From Octopus bimaculoides (taxonomy: Eukaryota): a DNA stretch of 57,425 bases. The position numbers and the translations under genes are program-made. The notes under the pieces were generated by a model. That model saw only the letters and a list, made by a program, of their open reading frames with translations. It was not told where the DNA came from and did no database searches. Location of the stretch: NCBI RefSeq assembly GCF_001194135.2, contig NC_068985.1:46363676-46421100 (forward strand). The letters run 5' to 3'. This document shows, one piece after another, positions 11,911-25,440 of this stretch; position 1 is the first letter of the stretch, and each line of letters opens with the position of its first letter.

Positions 11911-13107
11911 TAGAGACATATTAAAGGCATATGCTGGAGCATACATCTTAATGGTATGTACTGGGACATAACCTTAATAGTAAAGATGATCAGGCTGTGC
12001 TATTCACATCATGCATTAATAACCAAGTGTTGAAACCTGATTGGCTGATAACCCTCTGTTATTGATAATGCCTGCTAAATATTGCTACTTTAACATATAA
12101 GCTAACAACATTTCTATTCTATTAATGATTCTATTCAATTTATTGCCATGCAGTTAAAAAAGTTTGTTTTATAGCCATGGGGTTTTAAGTTCAATCTCAC
12201 TTTGTAACAACTCAGACAAGTGTCCTCAGCTATAGCCTTGAATTGATTAATGTATTGTGGCTGGAATTTGGAACAGTGAAACACAAACATGTATGTGTGT
12301 GTGTGTGTGTGCCTTTTGCCAGTGTGTATTAAAAATATAATTAACAATGGGAGGAAATGATGAACTAGTCTCTTTGAACAAATACCTTGTGTAGCATTTA
12401 TTCTGTTTGAGTTTTACTGTATCTCCCTTGTTACTCTTCTTGCCTGTTGGAAACCTGTAACCAACAATGCGTTTTGTTCATGAAATGTGATAAAAAATAA
12501 TAGGGCTTAATACAAACTATAAACTACTGAATTCTGGTTGCTGTTGACCAGATGACTGATGATATTAATGTGCACTCTAATCTACATATTTAAGTGTTGT
12601 ATGGTTTTATTATGTTTTATGCCTTAAATAAAAAATAGACTATAAGCTCTAAAGCTTTTGTCAGCATTTCCAATTTGGCATTTTGCCATATTCACATTCT
12701 GTTGGGATCAGAAGTCCAGTTTTTAGACAGGTAGCTTCTTTAAAAAATTACCTGTGTAATAAATAAATAAATAAATAAAATAAAATTTCTTGTACCATCT
12801 GCCTGTTGTATACTTTGTACAGAGAACATAAGAATGTGGCAGCCTCATCTGTTAAAGAGCATTTGGACTGCTGCCAGAATGGAGAAGTTATGGTTCTTCT
12901 TGTTCAGGCATTCTACAGCTATGTTTAATAACTTAGATATTAACAAGCAATATACATTATGTGTCTGCATCAACAGTTTCTCATGTGTGTTGTTAGTCTG
13001 TAGTGATTGCAGATACAGTTGATTTGATTGTGGGTAACCGAGTTAACGGAGTAGATTGCTGAGTTTAGCTACAGCAAAATTGTGTGTGTGTGAAAATACA
13101 TATGTAC

Positions 13108-13254
13108 TTGTGGTAAGAAGCTTGCTTCCCAAGCACATGGCTCTGGGTTCATTCCCACTGTGTGGCACCTTGTGCAAATGTCTTCTACTATAGCCTCGAG
13201 CCAATCAAAGCCCTGTGAGTGGATTTGGTAGATGGAAACTGAAAGAAGCCCATC

Positions 13255-13290
<36 letters not shown>
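13108..13290 (+). mobile_element. SINE family C, 5' half plus (TA)n
   Basis: Family C core sequence. Confidence 0.8.
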
Positions 13291-13293
<3 letters not shown>

Positions 13294-14605
13294 AATAATA
13301 ATAATAATATTAGGGATAAAATCCAAAATTACAGGTAAAAACTCAATTAAAATCAATTTATTAAATTAAGTTTCACAGTATGAAATATATATAAATATAT
13401 ATGTATGTATTATGTATATGTATACACACACACACACACACACACACACATAATTATAATGCTTCAGGCATTGTCCTTCTTTGGATTGATTATGTTTAGA
13501 ATGGAGAACCAGTAGGAGGCATACAAGAGAAAAATACAAAAATCTAAAGAGCTATTGAGGCAAAAATACCCTTGTGAATCATGTGTATGTATATATGTGG
13601 ATATAATCCTTGGCTGTTGGCATTTAACCAATTCTGATTATGCTAATCTTTGGTTAAGGTGTTCAAGTCGTGACCCAGTTTTTTTTTTTTTATATCCAGG
13701 ACTATAATATATCTTACCTTTTCATTAAGACAATCGTAAGTGTTGTTGGGCTGATGTGACTGCTATTTCTGGTAGACACATCAGCTTTTACATCAATCAT
13801 ATAATGGCTCCTGCATTGGCTTATCAGAGAGTGGGTTGTACAGTGATGAAGGAACTTGACAGTAATTTGCAACCAATTTCACTATAAGATAGGGAATGAT
13901 ATTGGTGATGGTGTTTGATGGAGTGGCATTTCTATGGTTTATTTAGGAGAAAAGAGCTATGTCCATACTCATATAACCTTCATTGTAATGATATTAATAA
14001 TCATTAAAGACGTACAACTGCAGCCCATTTGGATTGTAAAATAACTAGGATTTAACAAAAATGCTCAGCTAAATAGAACATCTGCATTTATTACCATGGA
14101 AAAAGGATGCTGAATATTTATTACACATGCATGTTATTCTCACCTCAACACTCTCACACAGAATCATACACACATGTGTAGCTGTTTGTATGTGTTATTA
14201 TAAATACATATAATATCTCTATTTATGCACATGTATATGTATGTGTATGTGTGTGTATGTGTATAAATCTATGCAAAGATGGGCATACATGCACATTTTC
14301 ATAAATGTTTATATCAACATCCTCTCACAGAAATTGTTTTGCATTCCACAATATTTGCATCCTGAAATGTTTCTAAAGTAGACCGGCTGGCCTCATTGTT
14401 GTATTTCTATAGTAATTGCTGTTCTTTCAAACAACAGAGCACCATCAATAAATTCCACTACAATAATGATAAAGATAATTCTTGTTTACAACCTCTGTGT
14501 TCATTCACATGTGTATGAAGAAAATGTGTGTATGTGTGTGTCTCTGTATGTGAGATTATTTGTCTATTTGTGTGTGCACCTATGCATGCCTATGTGTTTA
14601 TATGT

Positions 14606-14672
14606 GGGTGTGTATGTCTGCGTTGGGTGTGTATGTCTGCGTTGGGTGTGTATGTCTGCGTTGGGTGTGTAT
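14606..14672. repeat. 19-bp tandem repeat GGGTGTGTATGTCTGCGTT x3.5
   Basis: Units start at 14606, 14625, 14644 and 14663. Confidence 0.9.
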
Positions 14673-15105
14673 ATCTACATGCATATGGATGTATCTGTAA
14701 TGCGTGTGTATTGATAAATAAGCCCTCCCAAAAGACAGAAGGAAAAAACTTAATAGATATTTGTATTCTCTTTTACTTATTAATATTTCATAAAGGGTAA
14801 CCTCTGACTAAGATGCTCTTTTTTTATCCCATTACCCTGCTCTCTTGGGAGTTCTTTGATGGTGAAAATTATTAAATATTATTTTTATTTACTTTCTAAC
14901 TCTCCACTCTGCACACTTATTTTCGAATTGTTTTTTTTTTTTTTTATCAATAGCCTTAATGTTTGTTGTATGTTATGTATTTTATTTCTTTATTTCATTT
15001 GTTATTGTTGGTTTTGTGATTTGATTTATTCATTTACTTATTTATCTTTTCTTTGCTCTTCATCGTTATCAATATTTCAGATCTGTTAACTGCTGTAGTT
15101 TCCAC

Positions 15106-15154
<49 letters not shown>

Positions 15155-15501
15155 TAAAATCTGCTATGGTGATTGTTTTCCGTAGAAAAAGATAGAGAGA
15201 AGTGATATTAAAATTGCATTATTATAAATAATAGAAAATAAAGGATGAGGGGGTAGGCAAGGATCTTTTCTTCCTTTGATTTCTCTGAAGTTTTTTTTTT
15301 TTCTAATTTTGTTATATTTTTAAAGTTTTTATTAAAAAAAAAAATTATTCTTTATTATTTTGGTAGCAAGGGGCAAACTATGAAAATGAAAATAAAATTG
15401 ATTTCAAGGTTTAGATAGTTGGTAGAGATCATATTTACTTCTCATCTCTGGTGTTATAGGAGGGAATACTGCTTTATTCATTTTTTTATTTATCTATTTA
15501 T

Positions 15502-15533
<32 letters not shown>

Positions 15534-16291
15534 TACAATAATGCATCTCTATATCTTTATATAATCTGTTTGATTCAGACATCTTTGTTAGGGTGGTGCT
15601 AGAAGGATAAAGGATGGAGAAAAATACATAAGCTGTGAATAAATGGAGATAAAAGACCAAATTTGTTTATTCGCAGTTTAAACTAGTGGTAATCACTGGC
15701 TCTTATCATCATCATCATCATCATCATCATCACCGTCATGATGATGATGATGGTGATGATGATATATGTTTCTTTTCTGTTGCCTATGCAACAGTAATCT
15801 GTGCAAAAGCAACAACCAGTTGCAGCACCTCAAATGGAACAACACTGACTTTAGGAAAAAGAAAAAAAATATATATATATCTATGTTTTTTGCTAGGATG
15901 CTTTACTTGATAAGATTCACTTGAGTGCAGTTTATGTCATGATAGAAGAGTTGTAATCAAACATTAGCCATGAATATGGAATTTTGCTATAGAACAAGGA
16001 GGAATAAATAACTGAGCTTTGTGTAATTAAAAACTAAGGAGGAATAACAAAACTATTATTTCGGTTGTAATCAAAGGAAACAAATCTGTACGTCTACATA
16101 TGTGTGTGTTTGTATTTATGCATATATATCCACAGTCATACATGTACTTTCTTTCTCACTCTTCCTCACCCTCTCTCTCTCTCTCTCTCTCACATGCACA
16201 CACGCACACATGTACACACAGTTTTTCTTTCTCACACACATGAGTATAAAGTCTTTTGGTATCAATTGAGCCGAGAAAGAACTAACAAAGA

Positions 16292-16332
<41 letters not shown>

Positions 16333-16714
16333 ACAAAATAAATAAAAAAAAAATTATGAAAAATTATGTTAAAATTAGGCTATAGGAATTTCCTATCAAA
16401 CAGTGGTTGCTTTAAAAGAATTCACAATTGACAGCTGAATTTATGTCTGGTAGTTAATAATCAGTATATTGTATTGTTGAAGAGATATTGTCTGGTAATG
16501 AATAGGATGGGGTGGGGGTGGGGGTTGATCAAATGAACAAAGACAACTGTATGGAGGGGACAAACAAATAAACAAACACAACAGCTGTATAGGAGTAGGG
16601 CAAAAGTCTGTTTAAAAATATGTGATACATTCTCAGATCTCAAATAGGATGGAACTCAAATAGGAATGTCTTTGAGTGCAAAACTGAAAATGTCATGCAC
16701 CAAAAAAGTGTAAG

Positions 16715-16758
<44 letters not shown>

Positions 16759-17166
16759 ACATACTGAAATGGCAGATTCTAAGGAAATTAGTGATTGTGT
16801 GTTGGTAAATAAGTACATAAATTTATTCAACTTGTGAGCTTGTTTTGTTTTTTTGTAATATTTATTTGTCATTGATGTTGTTTTTGTGCATAGAACAGAG
16901 TAGTTGAAAGGAACAGAAGGCAGTTCCCTTGCTTGCTGAATCAGCAAATTAGTCTTTTGACTCCCAGTTGGAAACATTTCACATCAGCAACTCAAATAAA
17001 TGTACTTTCCAAAGTGTAGCAACATCAATCACCTACTTCAAATTCTATGTAAGAAATAACTGCTTGTACCTGTTGATAATAACATAATTAACAATTAACT
17101 CTATTTCAGTTCTACAAGTTTATGGCCTTGTGTTAAATTTAGGAATAATAATAATAATGATGATGA

Positions 17167-17355
17167 TTTCAAATTTTTGCGACAAGATTAAGTTGATTAC
17201 ACAACCCCAGTGTCTAACTGGTACTTATTTTAGCAACCCTGAAAGGATGAAAGGTAAAGTCAACCTCGGTAGAATTTGAACTCAGAACCTAAAGGTGGAT
17301 AAAATGATGGTAAATATTTTGTCCAGCATGCTAACAATTCTACCAGCTTGCCACC
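17167..17355 (-). mobile_element. SINE family F
   Basis: Reverse complement of family F. Confidence 0.75.
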
Positions 17356-17356
17356 T

Positions 17357-17750
17357 ATTCAGTACCAGGGAGTGGCTCTCATGGCTTTTGAGCTTAACTG
17401 ATTGGAAATGTTATCCTGTACATTGTTTTTTCTTGGTATAAAAGATGGGCTACAGTAGATATTCTGCTCAATACCAGATTTGCCTGTCAGTTGTTTGACC
17501 ATAACCAGTTGAGCATTTCCCTTAGTGGCTGACGATATGTACATCTCTGATCACATGCAGAAGTAGTGGGGGAACTTCATAGCCATGTGTTGAGAGGAAT
17601 TCTTTGGGGTTTGAATAATTCACCTCTGGAAACATGGGTGTTTTGTCCATCATCCTTAAAACAAACCTTATTCAGGGACCTCTTGAGTGGAATGGACTAC
17701 TCGGCATGAAGAAAATTCTAAATGGGCCCCACCTGTAAGGTCATGCACTA
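17357..17750. repeat. Unclassified interspersed repeat E
   Basis: Segment 17490-17642 recurs inverted at 19700-19853. Confidence 0.6.
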
Positions 17751-18776
17751 TTTATCTTGATATGAGATCACTATGTCATGCACATATGGTTGTGATGCGT
17801 GTGCCTGGTGTATCCTTATCAGACTAGTAGTCATGATGGGTATATTAGGCTTTGTATATTTATACTCTAGTCTCACTCTGATGGCATGCACTGCTCTCTC
17901 ACTCAATAATAATACTAATAATATTCTTTCTACATTAGTCACAAGATATGAAATTTCTGGGGAGGGGGGGCTAGCTGATTATATATCAGCCTCAGTGTCC
18001 AACTTGATACTTAATTTATTGACAAAGTTGGAAAGTAAATAATAATAATAATAATCATTATTTCAAGCTAAATCTCCTTTCATAAAACCCTACCAATTAT
18101 ATGAAAGGAAAGACACATTGTCTAATGTAGTCCTAGGTACACTCTATACATAAAAAAGAAAAAACGGAAATAGCCAATGGTCATGCCTGAAATACTGTCA
18201 ATCATAAGCACTGTTAAAGTTGATTTATGACTAAACAATAGTGATAATCATTCTTAGTCATCATCATCATTCTTTTTATTTGCAATTGACACCACTTCAT
18301 TAACTCTGGTTTATTGTTCTTTCACAACTCTGAATAACCATTGTTTGATGTAATTAATGNNNNNNNNNNNNNNNNNNNNNNNNNNNNNNNNNNNNNNNNN
18401 NNNNNNNNNNNNNNNNNNNNNNNNNNNNNNNNNNNNNNNNNNNNNNNNNNNNNNNNNNNNNNNNNNNNNNNNNNNNNNNNNNNNNNNNNNNNNNNNNNNN
18501 NNNNNNNNNNNNNNNNNNNNNNNNNNNNNNNNNNNTGGTTTATTGTTCTTTCACAACTCTGAATAACCATTGTTTGATGTAATTAATGCTGTGATTGCTT
18601 AGGATTAGCAATATCAATATTTATTTGGCAATCCTCTGTTTATTTTTTAATTCATTAATAATCTGGAGCTCTTGTTATAACTGACCTCTTTTTTGTTTTT
18701 AGATTTACATTCTCCTTAACTTTGATATCTCAAGTTTAATTAAACCTTTGTTCTAACTAATTTTCTTAGTTCTTTG

Positions 18777-18808
<32 letters not shown>

Positions 18809-19699
18809 AAGGATTCCCTGTGAGATATTACTGAGAACTCTACTAGTTGTCAGGTTCTATTTGGCTCATTACTCTCTGGAACTGTGTTACCTGTCCTCAG
18901 GGATATCTCGATTAGGGATAATGGTAAACTTATTCAACCTGTTGTTTGGTTGAAGACTATTACTTCAGCCCCTAGGTGACTTTAATAGAGTCCATTCTCT
19001 TGTATGAGGATAATGTTGGCCCTTCATCCCATCAGTCTCAGGGGCTTAGAAAAGTGTTATGGACACTGCCCTCTCTCCTTACTAAGCCATTAAAAAATAC
19101 AGTTGCTTAGTAACTCTGAGACTTCTTTGTATCATCTCATCTATCATTTATTTTTGCATCCTGCCGATTGGAAGATATTGGATAGACTTCTGATTTAATT
19201 ATTTTTATTTTGTCTGATGACTGCAGTTCTTCTTACAATGATTAACCCTTTCTTTTGTAATACTCTCTAAACAATCCTATTTTGTCTGTTTATCATGATG
19301 TTTGTATTCTCATCTCTTCTATATTATCTGTAGACATTGTTTTCCAACCTTGGAATTATCACTCAGTCAAGTGGCTTATCCTACAATCCTTCTTTTTGTT
19401 CTTTTTTTCTCCCTTTTTTTTTTTTTACAGTGGTTTCCACATATTTTGTAAGCTAAAATATAATTATATCTGTTCTGCATGTAGTAGCTCTAAGACTTCC
19501 TTGGAGTAACCATGTAATCTCAAGTCTTTTGTGTAAACCAGATGATTAATTTTATGATTCCTACTTTGATTTTAATCTTAAATCCTGCTGAGATGTCATT
19601 TTACTTCAGATACTTAAAGAGGTTAGTGCTAAACAAAAGAGCTGTAATGATAATCATTTATTGTAGAATAGGCTTGTAGNNNNNNNNNNTGAACTAATC

Positions 19700-19853
19700 A
19701 CCCATGTTTGCAGATGTGAATTATTCAAACCCCAAAGAATTCCTCTCAACACATGGCTATGATGCCCCTCCCCCGCACTACTTCTGCTCATGATCAGAGA
19801 TGCGCATATCATCAGCCACTAAGGGACATGCTCAACTGGTTATGGTCAAGCAA
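19700..19853. repeat. Repeat E fragment, inverted relative to 17490-17642
   Basis: TTATTCAAACCCCAAAGAATTCCTCTCAACACATGGCTATGA is the reverse complement of the 17580-17620 region. Confidence 0.7.
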
Positions 19854-19896
19854 TTGTATTATTTCTGATTAGCCTTTTAATGTCCTCTGCAGTAAA

Positions 19897-20170
19897 AACT
19901 CCCTTTGGTCATGAATGACCATGGGACCGCACCTAGAAAATTACTTTCTGGGAAAGACAAAGGCTGATACAGCTTGGCACCAGTGACGTCACAACTCATT
20001 TCTACAGCTGAGTGAACTGGAGCAACATGAAATAAAATGTCTTGCTCAAGAACACAACACACAGCCTGGTCTGGGAATCAAACTCACTACCTCATGATTG
20101 TGAGCTTGATGCCCTAACCACTGAACCATGTGCCTTCAGATACCCTAACCACTGAGCCATGTGCCTTCAG
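19897..20170 (-). mobile_element. SINE family D with 17-bp TSD and duplicated head
   Basis: TSD ATGT(C/T)CTCTGCAGTAAA at 19880-19896 and 20171-20187; ~31-bp tandem duplication at 20112-20172. Confidence 0.85.
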
Positions 20171-20577
20171 ATGTTCTCTGCAGTAAATATGCTAACTCTA
20201 ATGCATAGCACATGTATGCACACTTCATGACAAGTAGAAGCTGTTTGAGTTGGAGCTCAATGGTTGTGAGTTCAAATCCACTGCAGGTGTTTTGTAGTAG
20301 AGCCATATATTGCCCTTCTTTGCCTACTTATTTGATAATAAATAAAGTTTTGGAATTTGAGAAAATGTTAGACTTTCTACTCCTCGTAGTAATCATACTT
20401 ATTGACATTCTACAAAATACCCTGTTGTGTAAAGGACTAGCACTCTCTCCAAGTGGACATGTATCTCTCATCAATTAAAACCAGTGCTAAATGCTGTCAG
20501 AAGCTAAAAGCCTCTTAAGACTTTAGAAAAGTAAAACATACTGCTCATTTTCCTTATATACTTACAAGACCCTCATA

Positions 20578-20897
20578 TCTATATGCATAAAGTGTAATGA
20601 TATTTGTCTGTGTGTGTGTGTCCAACTGATTTTAAAAATTTTTGACACATACGTAGATCGCATGCACTGAAGTTCAATAAGGCCGGAATTTTTCTAAAAC
20701 TTGATAATGCTCAGTTCGCATCGATTTTTGTGTGCTCAATCGGGTATTTGAATGGAAATTCCCATAATATTATTTTTCCTGTAGCTTTTGTATTTTTTCA
20801 GTGTAAAATTTCAACAAAATCGACCGAGTAGTCTCTAAGGAAATGCTTATTCAATACAAGGTCAGAAAACACGAGCAATGCTGGGTCCAACAGCTAG
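20578..20897 (+). mobile_element. Non-autonomous Helitron (320 bp)
   Basis: 5' A|TC start followed by a (TG)n-containing leader; 3' GAGCAATGCTGGG subterminal hairpin then CTAG|T; no TSD. Matches canonical Helitron termini. Confidence 0.7.
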
Positions 20898-21565
20898 TAA
20901 TCTCCATAAGGATATACATTCAGTCTTTCTATTTATCTTTTTATGTATATAGGGAGAATATATATGTATGATGATTATCCCTATCTCCTCAATATACAAG
21001 AAGCTTCATTATGTACATATAGTATATGTATGTAAACATATATGTGAAAGATCATCTTTTATTATGCAATTGTATACATACAGCCATTAAGTTTGGTACA
21101 CATTGTTCCAGAATGTGTGTGCACGCACGTACACACACACACACACATACACCCACCCACCCAGAGTCATAGCTATACATACTTTATTTGATTCAGTATA
21201 TTAGAAGAACATAATTAATTTCCTATTATTTTGCTTACTAATTCATTTCCTCTTCCTGCTCTTTTAGTGCTGTGTCCTTCAACATCTTCCAATCTGGACT
21301 TCTCTCTCACACACACACACACACATTCGCACACACACACACCCCTCCACAATGACCATCCACTCCATTACCAATCTTCCAACAGCAAACAGGACACAGC
21401 ACACTTAATAGAGCTGTATATAATTCATTAGGAATGATTTGCTGCGAACTTTCAAAGACCATAATAGCTCCATCCCATTACCCTCCCTCCTCTATTGCTC
21501 ACTTATTCTCATTGATATCATATCTGATAAGTTGCTTCGCTCAGCAAAAATACCATCTATTTATT

Positions 21566-21627
<62 letters not shown>

Positions 21628-22419
21628 TACACACACACACTTGTTCATAGAATGAGGCGGGGGAGGAGAAGCAGAGGGAGCTACAGAAATACTGCTGACT
21701 CAGTAACTTCACTGGCCTAATGCTACGAATGTTATTATGTATGTAATAACACAAAGCTGTATTGTTATTATTATCATCTACAACTTAAAATGAAATGATG
21801 ATGATGAAAATGATGGTGGTGATGAGAATGATGATGACGATAATGGTGATGATGATGAGGAGGAAGAGGATGATGATGATGATGATACCAACAGTATAAC
21901 CTGAGAAAAGTATTAATCGTGATAATGTTTCGTTGTCAAAAAGAGGCTGTGTATTCATTCTTATAATGACTTACGGAATTGTGATTATGAAGATTATAAG
22001 ACTGGCATTTAGCACAGATAATTACTAATACAACCATGAACCCATGAGAAAGCCTCTAAGGAGTTACTCAATATACTAGAAATAGCAGATACATTTCTCT
22101 ATAACTACAGCATGTCTTTAAAAAAAAAAAAAAAGTAGAACACATTTTATGATGTAGACTTAATATGCAAACAGGATCACCGTGATTGGAATGCAACTTG
22201 TCTATCCATATTAACATATGGATGCTTCTTTGTAGTACATCATGTTTTGGAGTGCAAATGCCATCTCTTAAGAAATTTTTGCTTTTAATTATTCTGAAAC
22301 AAATAAAATAAAAATCAGTGATATGATGAGGTTAAATTAATCAACTTTTATTCAGTCCTAAAAATCACCATCATTGTTGTTGGCTTAGATAGTGATGACC
22401 ACTAGGAAGTGTGAACATG

Positions 22420-22462
<43 letters not shown>

Positions 22463-22917
22463 TTTACATTTGTTTCCATTGTGCATTCATTCAGATGGGT
22501 CTTCACAGTCCATCAGTTCCTGTTTGGATATGCTGCCCTTGTAGGTGGGTCAGAGGACCACGTCTTACTTGTATGTTCAATTTTTGATATGGTTTTTATG
22601 GCTTATTACCCTTCCTAACACGAACCACTTTACAGAATGTTGTGAGTGGATTTTATCATGGTAACAGCACTAGAGGGGTTACCACTATTTTGGCCAGATT
22701 AAAGAGTCCTGTCTACTCTCTATGTTTCAGTTTTTATGTCAAGTATAGAGTTGTACTGGTGTGCTAGAGAGAATGTCATGTTCTAAACCAAATCGGACAG
22801 TCTTCTCTACTATGTTTTATTGCTGTTTGCTCAAGGCATATGATCAACTGAGTTAATGGAAGAAAGAATGATGACAAGGTCTGAAAGAAGAGAGGGAGTA
22901 TCAGTGCCAGTATAGAC

Positions 22918-23300
22918 GTTGTTGTTGGCACTCCGTCGCTTACGACGTCAAGGGTTCCAGGTGATCCAATCAACGGAACAGCCTGCTCGTGAAATTAACG
23001 TGCAAGTGGCTGAGCGCTCCACATACACGTGTACCCTTAACGTAGTTCTTGGGGATATTCAGCGTGACACAGAAAGTGACAAGGCTGGTCCTTTGAATTA
23101 CAGGCACAACAGAAACAGGAAGTAAGAGAAAGTTGTGGTGAAAGAGTACAGCAGGGTTCACCACCATCCCCTGTCAGAGCCTCGTGGAGCTTTAGGTGTT
23201 TTTGCTCAATAAACACTCACAACGCCCGGTCTGGGAATCGAAACCGCGATCCTATGACCACGAGTCTGCTGCCCTAACCACTGAGCCATTGCGCCTCCAC
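22918..23300 (-). mobile_element. SINE family B, full length, young
   Basis: Minus strand: A-box TGGCTCAGTGGT, B-box GGTTTCGATTCCC, (AAC)n tail; flanked by CCAGTATAGA repeats; CpGs retained. Confidence 0.9.
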
Positions 23301-24053
23301 TCCAGTATAGAATATGCGCCAGTATAGAATAGAGACACTAAATAACAATGATGATGATCTTTCATGTTTTTAAGGCAGTAAGGTATAATTTCAGGCAGGT
23401 TTGGCTGCTTGTTCTTGCAGGTCGAGTGATCATACAGAGAAGTTCCCTCACTGGTTCTTGACTATTTCGTAACTTAAGTTTACTTTTATGACTATATGCG
23501 ATATTGTAGCTTGGGAGGCTGATTTGATTATCTTTCTGAAGAAAAATTTTTTTTTTTTTCTAACAGCTATATTATTATGTTGCAAGCATTCAATGGTAAT
23601 TATTATTTTCATTTAAGTTTTGTAATAAGTACAGGAGACCTGTTACATAGCTTACTGAAATCTTTCATATGAAACTGACCAAAAATTCCTCATGAGAATA
23701 ATTTATTTTATTTTTTTGGGGTTTTTTTCAGGTTTTTTTTAGACAATCAGTGATGTGCTCAATATTATACAATTATTTTTAAAAAATCGAAGATAATGAA
23801 CTACACATACACATATATAATTATAGGGGTAGGTGGGGCAGATTTAATTATCTTTATGAAAAAAATTATGTAATTGTAGGAAGATTAAGAGCTACTTTAC
23901 CATGCTAACAGTATTGGTAGAATGATTGAATGAATGGCAGCATTTTTTGGTGGAGAGGTTTTGTTTCAGTAGACAGTTCTTGGTATTATTCACATTGTAT
24001 TACTAAATTCTTGACAATTAGTATTGTGTACTTCTGTGTATGTGTAAACATGT

Positions 24054-24117
24054 GATTGCATGTATACGTTTATTGTTAGCGTTTCGATTGCATGTATACG
24101 TTTATTGCTAGCGTTTC
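24054..24117. repeat. 32-bp tandem duplication
   Basis: GATTGCATGTATACGTTTATTG(T/C)TAGCGTTTC x2. Confidence 0.9.
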
Positions 24118-24258
24118 AATCAGTTAGATTTGTGTATGGGAATTGATTACTGTTTGTATTCTGTGCTGTGTGTATGCACCCATGTGTATATATGTGAATG
24201 TTTTTGTGTAAATTTGGCAGCTGTTCATCTTCATTTTCTGATTGTTTAATGTGTGCAC

Positions 24259-24299
<41 letters not shown>

Positions 24300-25339
24300 G
24301 GTTTGCTGGCAGCTGATCTTCAAATTATATTTGACTAAGTTTGTGTGTGTACATGCTTATGTTTACACATCACACACACACACGTATGCATGGTAGCAGC
24401 TGGTCTTCATGTTACAATTGGTTAGGTTTAGGTGTGTATGTTGTGAGTGTGTGCATGCAAATACATACATTGTATGCATGTGTATTTATGCATACTTTTG
24501 TATGTACTTATATACATTTGTGTGTGTGTGTGTGTGTGTTTGTGAATATGTGCAAATCTATGTATGTAAATGTGTGCGTTTTGTGTATGTATAGTGTGTT
24601 CTGGAAACTATTTGTAAAACTTTTGGAAGTTAGCCTTTGTGTAATTCAATCTATTACATAATCACAGTTTGTTTTCATATAATCATTAAAACCTTAAAGT
24701 TCACTATTTAGACATCACACTATTATAGTTTCACTTGTTCGTGTTCCATTCTATTTATTTATTTATTTATTTATTTATTTATTTCCATTTTCTTCTGTTT
24801 CTAGTTTGCTGCTATTACTGTTGTTATTTTAAAGTGAAAACTAAGAAAACAAATTCCTAGTTAAGAAAACCCTAGAGTCATACATGTCTATATGAGTGTG
24901 TGTGTGTGATCTTGTTTATGTATACTTACATATGTAGCCATACTTATACTATAGAAGCATCTTAATGCACTCATATAAGCAAGTACACACTCAAACACTT
25001 AAGCACATTACACAATTAGTAACTCTCTCTCTGTCTCTCTCTGGAATTACACAGCTACATTTGTACTTGAGCAAACTCACTACAGGGTTATGTAAGAGAA
25101 ACCTCAGAAATCAATACTGATATATCAGTCACTCAGCGCCATTGTCTATTATAGAAGCAATTTGGTAATTCTAAAAATTCTTTCTGTTTTGGCGAAATGT
25201 ATCGGTAGACTGGTGCCATTTTCACCAACTGGATACACGCAAATCTTTGAGTCTGGTGTTTATATAGAAATACGCTCTGCATGAAGCTGTTGTTGTTATT
25301 GTTATCCTAATACAAGAGTGCAACAGAGAGAGGACTTGT

Positions 25340-25440
25340 TGATAGGAAGTCCAACAGGGGGCGGGGTATAGAATCACCAATAAAGGTCTGCAGTGTTTGT
25401 TACTGAATCAATCCTAATTATAAACAACACGTGATTGAAC
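25340..25440. promoter_or_regulatory. Candidate promoter/enhancer motif cluster
   Basis: GC-box GGGGGCGGGG 25357-25366, CCAAT 25377-25381 and E-box CACGTG 25428-25433 in repeat-free sequence. Motifs only; no functional evidence. Confidence 0.25.

Noticed and set aside
16505-16526. G-quadruplex (also 6097-6110, 41003-41018)
   Set aside because: Only three clear G-runs each; no supporting context.
16968-17054. Plus-strand exon LETFHISNSNKCTFQSVATSITYFKFY ending at gtaaga
   Set aside because: Weak acceptor, unrecognised peptide; not distinguishable from chance.
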